In this document: piece by piece, positions 1-12,800 of the stretch
Layout of the letters: each line of letters begins with the position of its first letter
Position numbering within the stretch: the first letter of the stretch is position 1
Source: Tubiluchus corallicola
Taxonomy: Eukaryota; Animalia; Priapulida
Direction of reading: 5' to 3'
Assembly: GCA_030141605.1 (NCBI GenBank)
Contig: JAQGDQ010000160.1
Coordinates: forward strand, 124,001 to 188,000
Length of the DNA stretch: 64,000 bases
Made by a program: the position numbers and the translations under genes
The notes under the pieces: model-generated
What the model was told of the DNA's origin: nothing
What the model saw: the letters and a program-made list of their open reading frames with translations, nothing else
Database searches by the model: none

Positions 1-3000
1 TGTTTCTCTTGCTCCATCATTTTACTATCTATATCGTCAGAAACACTTAGACCATTTCTGTTCATCCATTCCCTGTTCCCGATCAGCACGACAAAGCTCT
101 TACTGTTTGGTTCCGGTGTAACTAAAAAATATGAAAGGCAGCATCTTTTAACTATTTTAAAACTAAAGGTAAAGCAAGACTATCAGTAGCACTAACAACC
201 AAATCACCAGTAAGTTAGCATTTTCCTTACAAAAAGTCTATCCTTTGCAGATAACAAACGGTCTCAAGAAAATAGCCTACAGTAATGAGAAAAAAGTATT
301 GGGAATTATGGCAACACACTTACGCTATCCGCAAGACGAGCTAAAATGTTCTCACAAATCTTGTGATTCACATGAATGAAAAAGAACATTTTCCAAATTA
401 TTTGTGCATCAAATGTGCATCAAAATTTGTCTTCTACCTCATAGAGGAAGGAAAGCGACATTTTCGCTTAAAAATGCTGCATTCATAAAAACCAAATGTG
501 CACTAAGAAAGAAGAGAGCAACTATTAACGTGGTAATCAGTGCATTGTAATTAAGTGTATGTGGTTCATTAAAAGAAAGAAAAACTTAAAAAACGAAGGC
601 ATTATTATATTTGCACATTTTATTGTATCAGGATGTTACCAACTCATAATTTAGGCATACCAGATTATACACTGCTATTAATTTAAGAGATTAATTAATG
701 TATGGTATAACATTTACATCAAGAAAATCGGCATGACAATTATACAACTAACATTTACCACTTTAAAATGTGGGGAGGCAAATTATTAAAGTCACTGCAC
801 ACTAAGCAATGAGCACAAGGTCTTACTGTCTGCTTGGTGGTAACACAGCATCTGCCGGGCATCACTACACGGTGATTATTGTTAAAAGCATTGCAAGAAT
901 AACTTAAACTGGAAAATAAAAGAACTGGTTCGTGGACAAATCCATGACAGGTTACTGCCTGATACAGGATCAGGAAGCAGCAGTTCAAAGGTTAGCATGT
1001 TAGATGATTCATGATAATTGATCTATTTTTTCAATAACGACTTTCTGCAATATATGACACATACTCAATTACTAAGCTTAAAGCTAAAGGTCAGATTACT
1101 AAGTTCAAAGCCAAGGTGTGAAAATCTTATGGCATAAGTTTATTCCCTGGTTGTCGCATAAGCAAGAATAACCTATTTTGGGCATTTTGTCGAAAGTTTT
1201 CAAAACAAATGGAAAACTTTCAATTTAGTAATATTAACAAAAACACGTTGTGATCAGTTTTTTGTATGTGTTTAGGCACAAACTATAGGTAAAATCTGTA
1301 AACCAAATAGAAACTGTTCAAAATTGAAAGCAAAGATACACATACATTGCATTTTTGAAGAAGTAGAAGACACAGAAAGCTGCTGCAACGAATGTTGATC
1401 AATAATCACACCATCTATCTGTACAGAAAATGGAGCACCAGTGCTATTCACCACATTTCTGAGCACTGTGTGTGCATCAGCAGACAACATTGGTTCTATA
1501 TTACTCACAACACATTTTAATCCACAACCAGGCACTGACTGAAAGTCTTTGCATGTTCCTATGTTTTCAGTATTCAATACCTGGAAAGTTAATCACAGTT
1601 AGTTTCACTTTATGTAGAGCTTCACAGTATCTCCCCATAGTTAAAAATATTTATTAGTTTTAAAAATGCAATACTTCTTGCACCTAAAAATATGTTGTTG
1701 ATTAAAAATTGGTAAATGTTAATGGAATTCTCAACAACAATTATGTTGCTGGTAAAACTGTGATGTGCTGAATACACAACTGCTGCAGAAAAATAAATTA
1801 CTCCACAAATAAAATAACGGAGCATACAATAGTGCACACTAGCACTAAAGAAAATGTTACCTCTTTTACGTAGCTGGTTATGGCTGAAGCAATAGGATGT
1901 TCGGAGTTAGCCTCTGCGGTACCCACAATGGCAAGAAGTTTAGTAATACTGCAGACTTGCTCTTGTACAAAGAGAGCTACCCGAGTTACTTTCGGAGCAC
2001 CATGAGTGACTGTTCCCGTTTTGTCAAAGACAACTGTTTTCACCTGTTTTGACATGCAAGATAAACCAAATAAGAAATAACTTTTTTATAGTATGCTTTT
2101 ACATTTGCCTTAAATACCCTATCTGGCACTAGTGAAGAGAACTAGTTAAGCTGCAAACTGAAAGGCTCTAGGGAAAAAATTAATTTCGGAAGAAAAAGGC
2201 TTAAATAAATTTACCGAATATAGGGCAATCAGACGAGCTTAAGAAGTCCTGCAACACTGTATGGTGCATTTGGGTCTGAAGCTACGAAAGTTTTTCTAGA
2301 CCCACTACGGATAAATTGACCACCCATGTAAAAATTATCAGTTGCATATTAGCTACAAAATCAAATTTTGCTAATCTGGCACAACACAATGCTTCAAAAT
2401 AACCTTCCATGATACAGGGTAACTTCTGTAAAAACCTAGTCTTGCAAATCTTAATCAGACACCAATCTTTCATGACTATTAAGCAGATACCAACATCGAC
2501 ATTTCACTATTAATGCCCTGCTAATGATGCTGAACACTACCAATTTAGTTCTCTCCTACAACAAAGCTGTGAACACTGATAAAGAAAATGGCATCTTCCT
2601 TTAGAACATTACCCAATGGAATCAAGCAACAGCATAACCTATTCACAGTGTGGAAAGTCCTTGCTTAAAATTATTATTGTGCATGTGTACAATTTGTTTT
2701 GACGTAATATCTTTTTTATAACAACATTGTATTAAATACAGCTTTATAGTTAACTAATGTACCAATGGTATACAAAAACATTGTAATGACATGTTACATG
2801 AACGTTCCAAACACTTATCTAAATAACAAACCTTGTGGGCAGTCTCTAACGGTTCACCACCTTTAATCAAAATTCCCTGTTGAGCTCCAACACCTGTTCC
2901 TACCATCACAGCAGTCGGAGTAGCTAACCCCAAGGCACATGGGCAAGCAATGGCAAGAACTGTGATAGCCATACGGAAAGCAAATTCAATTGTGACCTCA

Positions 3001-6000
3001 GTAACAGAAAACTGGCCACCATCCTACAGAAATAATATAGAAAAATAAGTCAGTTTTAAAAAGCTTACGATACACCAATGCAACTGAGACTAGCAACTGC
3101 TGACCAGCATTCTGATGATACACCAAAGCGACTGGCATCTGTGTACAACAACATATTTGTAGATTATTACAAAGCAACACTAATATAATGAAACAAAAAA
3201 GAAAGTAATACCTATTTTATTGGTATGTTAATACCTATAACTTTATTTATGTCTTCCCATAAACAAAACTATCATTCATTGGTTTATTCATTTATTTGCT
3301 ACTCATTTTCTCTGCATATTATTAAGATCTTGTAATTACATAAAAAGAAAATTACTTCAAGCCCAATTTTATAATGCAAAACTATAATTATATATTAAAA
3401 GAACATATGATAGAGTAACGCAAAATATTTGAGGTATTTCACCAACCGGGACACATAATAATAATTTTTTCAAATACTTTAGCACCTTGCATACAAAAAA
3501 CACTGTTGAAAGATAAAAGAAACCTTCTGTACATCTGGAAACCACTTTGAAAGGCTTAGAACAAAAACAATCATTATTAGTATTTAGTTTCAAGCAAAAG
3601 AAGACCACACTCAAAAGTTGCTCTAACTGTATCATGACTGTTTCCAGAATAAAAGTACATGACTATACCTTTGTAGGGCACACTGTTTCTGTATCTATAA
3701 ATACTAGATTGCTCACATGCAGGATGATAAAATCATTGACATTTTAACCAAAATCCGCATGTCACTAATGTTAGCAGCAACTCTGTGTTAATCTATTTCA
3801 CATACCAGATGAGACATACCTCTGGAGGAACAAAATTCGGATCGATTTTGTGAATATCTTTGTGACCAAGTGTGATCCAGATCAGTAGTGTTAAAACAGA
3901 ACAACAGATCACAATTGGCACAAAGAATCCTGCAATACGATCAGCAAAGGCCTGAATTGGTGCTTTTGATGTCTGTGCTTCCTCCACCAGCCTGACAATT
4001 TGAGCCAATGCCGTCTCAGCACCCACGTGAGTTGCACGAATCAATAGAGCGCCATTCTGGTTTATTGATCCACCGATTACCTAAAAACAAATTATTTTAT
4101 TACATAAGCAATTGAAAATCTTAGCAGGTGAAGCCGGAAAACATGATTTTCAATGTATGGTTTAACTAGTCATTTGTCATTTTTAAAGCACTCATTTTTT
4201 AAAACGGTAACTCGTTGCTTTCCCTTGTAATGTAGTAATTTTTCATTATTTTGCCTAAAGCCCTGCTAAGGCACCATGTAGAATAATGGAATCATTACAT
4301 TTTTACAGAGGATAGCAGCTAGTTTACTTTGTTGAGTTCAGTGGAGTCACTTGTTACCACAATGGCAGTTATGAAAACAATAAATATTGTTATATATATT
4401 ATATAGAAGCTATTTGTAAAAATAAAAAAAACCTTCAAAATAGTAAACAAAGTTTGCTGTACTTTTGTAAATTTTAGCAACTTAAATTTACTATGATCAC
4501 TACGCATTACTATTATTCCTACATATTTTAGAAGCTTAAAAAATGTTTAACAGTTATCTTGAATAAATAAAGCTAAAAAAAGACTAACTTAGTCAATGAA
4601 AAGTACTAGCCAGATTTAATGAAACTTAAAATTGATAAACTCTTAGTCAGTTAAGCAATTATTCAAAATAATAGAATATAAAAACAATTTAAATAAAATT
4701 GATTTGTAAATAAGCATCATTATTGCATAATTATATGAAATACCTATAATACATGACTATACTGTACATGCATACATTGCTGCATTGCAACAGTATGCCA
4801 GTTATTCCAAATACCACGAGAGAATTTTACGAGAACTAAATGCTGTCTACTAGCTGTCTAGCTTAGCAATACAAATTATTTATTAATTTAAAACATAATC
4901 TTATCAACGCAAAGTGAATTACTAAATGAAAAATACGAAAGGGCTAAAAATATATATATAAAGGCCAATATACAAATAACATTGCACATTTACAAGTACA
5001 AATGATTAAAAAGAAAGATTACAGATAAAAACATCAGAAGCCAGGAGTATGCTTACAGATGCCTATTAGTAAATGTGTATAGACGCCTATTAACATTACC
5101 CATATACAGTAGACAGAATAAAAACAATAAATACAACTGAAAAGCATGAGAATTCATCAAATTATGTAATAAGAAAGCAAAAAGAATAAAATATCACAGT
5201 ATAAAAAAAGTACTAAAATGATAACGTGATAACATTAACTTACCTGAGAGCCAGGCTTTTTCAAAACTGGCATTGATTCACCAGTAACCAGAGACTCATC
5301 AGCCATGGAACTCCCCTGTATAACTCTAGCATCCACAGGTATTTTGGCACCTGGAACCACCTGGAAACCATGCATCAAACAATTATTTTTGCAAACTGAT
5401 GCAAGAGTATGTACCAATGGTGAACATGAGCTGACAGAAATGTATACGACATCTTGTAAACATAATCTTAGCTACTAATACTAATTTTTATTGATGTTCT
5501 CTTGGTATTAAGAATGCTAGTTGCATGATACCAAACCACTGCAAGGAAGGAAAGAGACTGATAGAAAGCATGTGAAATGCACAAAGCGTTTATCATTATA
5601 TATTGTAAGTTAATAACATCATAATTTTATATACCGGCCAATTCATTTCTCATAATGTGTTGACCATGTAATGGCAGTACAACATTATTGGTTAATATAA
5701 TAGGCCCATGGTTAAAATCTGTCAAAATTAGCTGCCATAGTCCCAGATTTGACAAAAAATGTGCCTGCTGTAAATAAATGTTTTGTCACAAAAAATTATT
5801 CAGATATCATAACAATCTAGAAGATTAAATTTCTATTTCATATTATATTCACACAAGCAGCATTCAAATTTTACAAACACGAAGGCTACCATGTCATCGT
5901 ACATGTCGGTATATAAATTACTATAAACTATCCAAACCAATGTCAAAGTTCATAGACATTTGTTCTGGACTTGCAAATTCACTTACCTTGAGGAGGTCTC

Positions 6001-6669
6001 CACGCTGTACCAAGTCTACATCAATATTTTTCTCCTGCTGTACATTTCCCTGAGCATCAAGTTCAACCAGAATTGCCTCTGTAGCTTGAAGAGACATCAG
6101 CTTTACCAGAGCCTCAGATGTTTTACCCTACAAAATATGAATGTCGAAAACAGTTGTAAAAATTAAAAAATATAACCAAGTAACCAAATTTTTATACTCT
6201 AAAATATGACCTTTAACTGGCAATTTCAAGAGGTGAAATAAATTGGTAAGCTTTTGGATAAAGAATCTATTGGTTTTAAAATCTACCACCGATACACCAT
6301 TAAAATAAATCTTTTAACTTTATTTACATTAGGTACATATTTTAATTTTCAAAATAAAGAAACAAATTCCTTTGCAGATCTAATTCATTATAGGGTAATT
6401 CTCAGTATATTAATATACTGTGTACATACTTTAGTACATTATACAACAAAATTCTTTATTTAACTGCATCGATTATAAATAAAACTGAACTGTACATAGA
6501 AAACATATTGCATTATTGACATACACTTGTAAAAATGTCAGGAGTCCTGTGAATAAGTGTGAATATTACAAAATTAAATTTCTGCAGATATGTTATTTTA
6601 TTAGCATCCCATCTGATCCCATATTTTACTAAAAACCTGCTGTCTTCCAAATTTATGTGAAATAAACTA

Positions 6670-6761
<92 letters not shown>

Positions 6762-6774
6762 AATAATAATAATA

Positions 6775-6817
<43 letters not shown>

Positions 6818-9800
6818 ATAATAATTATTCAGTTATATATTTTCTGTTCAATATATACTACAGGTTCAGTACATCTATTTATGGCTTTGATTTTATGAAA
6901 CAGACACAGCTCTATATTTGCAGATTTCTTCAAGTAACCAAAATAATTTTACCAAGAACAGTTATCACGTTCACCTAATTTTTACGTTCAAATTGTATAA
7001 TCATACAGTATGAAGTAACATGAATCAAACATACACAATCAATAAAAAGCAGTATTAACAACAGTCATTGTCACATTTTGCAAAAACAAATCCCAGATTC
7101 ATACCTTTGCAACATATTCCAGCCAACGTCCTAAAGCAATGAACGTCAGAAGCATAGGTGGAGCATCAAAAAATGTCATTGGGCTGTCTCTTTTTTGTAT
7201 AATAGCAGCCAACAACACAACAACAGAATAAACATAAGCAATGGTTGTTGCCATCATTATGAGAACATCCATGTTGGTAGTCTTGTGCTTTAAAGCTTTG
7301 TATGCTTGCACGTAAAAATGCCTACCACCAATCAGCTGTAAAAAAATTTTGTAACCGAAATAGAATCACAATGACGGTTATATTGCGAAAAAGTGCAACC
7401 ATTTCTTGTTTGCAAAGGCTCATAACTTAATGTACGTGCAGTCCCAAAATTCAGTAAAAAATTATACTAAAATTGTGAAAGGTCAAGAAATGTAAAAAAT
7501 AAACACAATGACAAATGTTTTAATAATAGGATGTTATACTTATGAAAAAAATATTATGAAAAGTATGCCTGTTTTAATTATTCTTTTCACCAGTAAGTGG
7601 TCAATAATGTACAAACATTCTACTTGGTGTCTCTTACTAAAGCAGAAACGAAAATAAAAATGACAGTTATATAGCAATAGCAACTGGCCAGGTCCCCCAT
7701 ATATGATATGCATTTTTCCTGTGAGAAATCACGAAAGCGAATGCCAAATTACACCTTTGCTATATTATTCAATGCAGGACTTTCTAATGAAATTTTTTGC
7801 ATCTTGCCAACTACTTCTTTTTCTTTCCAACGTGTTCCTACATTAAAAAAATTAATATCTTCAGGAAATAGATTGATTGAAAAAAATTTCAGGTGCGCGC
7901 CTGTTAAAGTGCACCGTGCTCCTACATTCAAAAATTTGTATCTTCAGGAAACAGTTTGATTGAAAAAAAAATTGGGTGGTTGACTATTAAAGTGCACCCT
8001 ATGCAATGATTAACAGCAGACGTAAACAGTGCCAGGTTCAATAGTGAGATGGCAAGCACTCAGGAAAACACGATTCCTGAAATCCTAAAAAAGAGCCATA
8101 CCTGTACAGGAGTGCAGAAAAGGAAAAGCATCATGTTCTCCAGGGAAAGCCCGGGGAATATGTCTAATCGAGTGGGGTTGTCGTGTGGTATAAACATATA
8201 GTAAAACATCACAATCATAGTGGGAATTCCAAAACAAACATTGAGCAAAAAGGCATTCCTCCACTGCTTTATAGCATGCTTGTGTTCCAGAGCAGCGGCA
8301 TGACCCGTCACGTCTTTTGACATTAGCTCAGCTTGGTAGCCACATTCCTAAAAAACAAACTCTTAATGTAAAATAAGCAAAAAGCATGTGTAAAAGAATT
8401 TAAAAAAACAATCTCAACCAACCAACAAATCGGCCAACCACCCAACTAAACAAAAAGTCAGTCAAATGTTAACTGAGCCAGCTAAGCACCAATCTTTATT
8501 CTGGTGCATAATAAAATTTTATGTGCAGTTTAATGCAAATTACAAATTAAATTACAGGATATCTAACAAAAGAAATGTGCATCAGTACTTCAAATAAATT
8601 ACCTCGATAGCTTTTATAATATCTCGAGGTCCGACTTCATCTGAGTGGAATTTGACAGTAGCAAATGTTGTTGCTAATGATACATTGACAAATGTAACAC
8701 CTCTCAACTTAGCAACTTTTGTTTCGATATTGTATACACAAGATGCACAAGTCATACCACTAATCTGAAAAAAACACGTTTTTAGTATTTAATCTGCCAT
8801 AATTTACTGTTTCATTAAGTACAGTGTTTGCACACCACACCTGCAGTTTTGCAGGTATTACATATATACTGCATGACATATGCCCAAATTAGCAATAGTC
8901 AATATATAGTCAATAGTCTGTTAGTTTGACAAATTCAGGATGCTGAATTCATTGACTGAGGATGCTTCTGTCACAGTTTGTAATTTAGATGAAATACTAC
9001 CCCAAAAGTTCACAAAAAAAACCTTTTCAGTGCTAAGAATTCAAAAAAAGATCTATCAGTCTAGTGCTAGGATAAAACTAAATGATAACACACATATTGT
9101 AATGTTAAGTTTAGCAAAGTAAGAACTAAATTCCTTCACTAAAATATAACTGTTCACTTTTACTTAAAAATAAATTGCTTTCTAAATGCAAAACACACCT
9201 GGAACGGGCAGCTCCTATTCAAATCTACATAAAAAACTGTCGGCAATTAACTCAATATTTTTCCTTCATGCACTAAAAATAAGACCCTTGTGTGTGTGAC
9301 CAAAGAGTTTTGTTGCTTTTATATTATCTTTACATCGATTCTGTGCATTATAATGCATGTAAAAACGTTCAGGTTAAGTACAGCTGTTTTTGAAAGCAGG
9401 TACTGTACATTTATTATGCGCTAATATGTTAGGGTAGGGGTTTCGCTTTGAATCTGTCACCCATTTATCTGCTGCAATTAACCTTGTTGTTCTAAACATT
9501 TAATCACTTGCCCAGCGGTTTGCTGTTGAAGCTCCTGCTGCTTTTCACAAGGTCATCACCAAGTGCAACTCAAGCACTAGGTGAGTGGGTGTTTTGTGTG
9601 AATACGTGTAGCATAAAACAACAGATTTTCAATGTTTTTATCAATATGAGAATTTCGTAAACCAACTTTTTCGTGAAGAAATGAAGCAACCAATCTTGCA
9701 TGAATTTTTGAAATTTTAATGGTAATAATCAGATTCTTGCGATTTCTACATTTTTTATTAATACACTTATATAAATTATGCTTTTTAAATAATTGCACAT

Positions 9801-12800
9801 ACGTATTTTTGACATTAATTCGTTTCTAAAATTCATGTAAAGCCTTCGCTATGAATGCTAAAGCAAGGAGTGATGACTCATGCTTGTATAGTAGTATTAT
9901 ACTAAACCCGTCAACTAACTGACTCAGTCGGTTAATTGGGTCAAAACACTTCCGTCCCAAAGTGAGTCTATTAAGCGGCACCTACTGTAATTACTAAAAT
10001 AATTAGTCAATATATTAGGTCAATTGTTCATTCTATAATATGCCTTATAAAAACTTTGCAACAAACAAACTTTGCAGCAACCAACAAACTACTAAAAGGG
10101 CCTTTTTCATGAAAAATTTTGACACAACCTGGAAAATTCTGAACCTCATCTCCTTTAGAACATGATCAATATGAATACTTCAGTTAAAACTGATATCAAA
10201 TAATAAACTCAAGTGTTTTACTTAGCAAACAACTTCTATTTCGTGCCCATCATATTTTAAGTTGTTTAACGCCAACAGTTTTTGCTTCCAAAAATGCAAA
10301 ATATCCTAGTTTAGTTTGTTATGTTTAGCAACATATGTTATTTGACCTTAAAATCATTAACTAAATGCCTTCAGAATGACATACCAATAATTCTAAAGTA
10401 ACTTCGCCATGCTGGTAGTTCTCAATAATTTCACAGCCGAAACCAAGGTCTATAATCTTGTTACAAATCTGCTGAGGCAGAATGTATGCGGAATCATACT
10501 TTATGTCTGCTTTTTGAGCCATCAAAGCAACCAAAATGTCGTTTATTCCTGAATGTAAAACACACTAAAAACAGTATTATAAATACATCTTAGAACCACT
10601 AACAACAACTTCATGCTTTGATGTAAAATTTCAAAGTATAGTGGACACCTCTTAATAAATTCACCTTGGTGCGAAGCTAAATGAATTTATTAAGTGGCTG
10701 GATTTGTAAACCAAAGAAACCTGTTTAGTGCATTTTCTATGTTAATACAGTGCATATTGTTTATTATGAAGCCAATTTTCTTAACATTCAGTAAACGTCT
10801 TGCGAAAAGTTTTTAAGTAAGATGCAATAATTCATTAGTGTTCGTATAATTAAAGTAACTCGTGCAAAGTATGTATTGTTTGTCTGTGGTGCCATTACTT
10901 TTTACATGTGATAAACTGCTTTCCAAATTAAAAAAAGAGCAATATATATAACTTTAACGTTAGCGATGATTCAGCATTTATCTATTTGGGTCATTAATGT
11001 TCTCACGTGCATAACGAAAGTTGAAACATGTCCATGGTCTGTTTTAGTGGATTGTTGCAAAGATGCATTTGAATGTCTTTTCTGAGTTTGGTGAAGTGTC
11101 GCATGTTTTAATAGTTACTGTTCTGCAGTCCACAGTGAGAAGTTTCCAAGCGCATCGCACTTAAGCAGCTAAAACAGTAATTTCTGGTTCGTTGTCATCA
11201 TCACCATTGTCTTGTTGTTGAGAGTTATTAAGCGGAAAAAATGCAAAGGCGTAAAAGATGCTTAGAACAAAAAGGCTGAACTAGCTCAAGTGAAAATGTG
11301 GGACAAACGTATGGTGTATATAATGTATTATACACTTTGTTCCAGCAACAGTGTGAACACAAGCGGCTGGATTTCTTATCAGTGGATTTATTAAACGGAT
11401 TCTACTGCATTTTAAAATAAACCTTTAACTTTCTTCATCTTTCCTTCTATTGTGGCAACACAGGAGGCACATGTCATTCCTGTTATCTGCAGGTAACAGC
11501 GTTCCAAATCATCATGAAGTAAAACTTCGCTTGAGTCCTCCTGTCCAAAAGTTTTTAAATACATTTAAGTAATAAACAGTTGCAATATATCTACATAACA
11601 AGATTACAACTCACAAATAATGTAGAAAAGCCTCTGCACCATTTCTCTGTTGATGGCTTTAACTGCATTATACCATTACCATGTTTAATTTATAGCTCAC
11701 AAAAAGCAAACACCATTTTTTAAAAGTGGACAACCATTTACTATCCTATATTACTACATAAAATGCACAAACCGTGGTTTTAGCTGGCTCTACAACCGTT
11801 TCTTTTGCAAGTCTTTGTAAAGAAACACTCCTTGCAAGATTTGTGGAACCTAAGAAATGTCAAAGACTTGAAATACTGGCTAATGCTTATTAAATCTGAC
11901 TAATCTGACTATAAACCTACAAAAATCCTTCCGAAAGGATTTTTTCCTATTAACTTAAAAAATTTTAGTTGTTAATAACGTTCACATTAAAGCATTATAA
12001 ATATACTCTAGAGTAACTTACTGTCTATGGAAATGTTACTGCCAAAAAATGTTTTTGAATACTCAGACCCTTGAAATTTTATTGCCTAACAACTCAAAAA
12101 TTAAATTCACACTCTAGGCAGACATTTTCAGCTTCTGTGCAAAAGCAGTCAAAAGAGAAATAATTTCCTACGCACACACAACAATAGCTAGTTTTGCGAA
12201 ACATTATAATAAAAGCTCTAGAATAATCTTTGCATACAAATTAGAACTGTGGACCGAACTAATATTTCTACCCACAGATATGTCTAAGAAACAATATTAA
12301 GCTGTTAATCAGACTTGAAGCATAAAGATAACAGCTATAAGGGATATACCTTCCTCCATATGTCACATATAACTAATAACATACCTGGAACAGAAATGCG
12401 AAAACCAAGGCCTTGAATGGTAAGGCCGACTTTCTCAATATTAGTTAATAGTGGATCTAACTCAATAGTGCCTTCTTCGTCTTTTAGTGAAACATCGACT
12501 GCCAACACACCTGGCTCTTTCATGACCTTGTCTGAAAAACAGTTGAAGACGGAAAAACCAGGCAATAAGAACAAAACTACTCCATTTAATCTAAATAATG
12601 GTAAAAGATTGTCTGTTGATCTTTTAAAGATCGTCGGTTAAAAATACTGTTGATCATCTTTGTTGTCACCTAGGTAATGGCATTGCACTAGTCGTAAAGC
12701 ATTGTCGAATGTAGTGCCGGCCTTGAGAAAAATTAGTTTGTTGATAGTTATCAAAAATGGCATAATGTGGTAATGCAAACTGTATAGAATATCATTATTC

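Noticed and set aside
6724-6978. Poly-Met/Ile ORF
   Set aside because: Translation of an intronic microsatellite.
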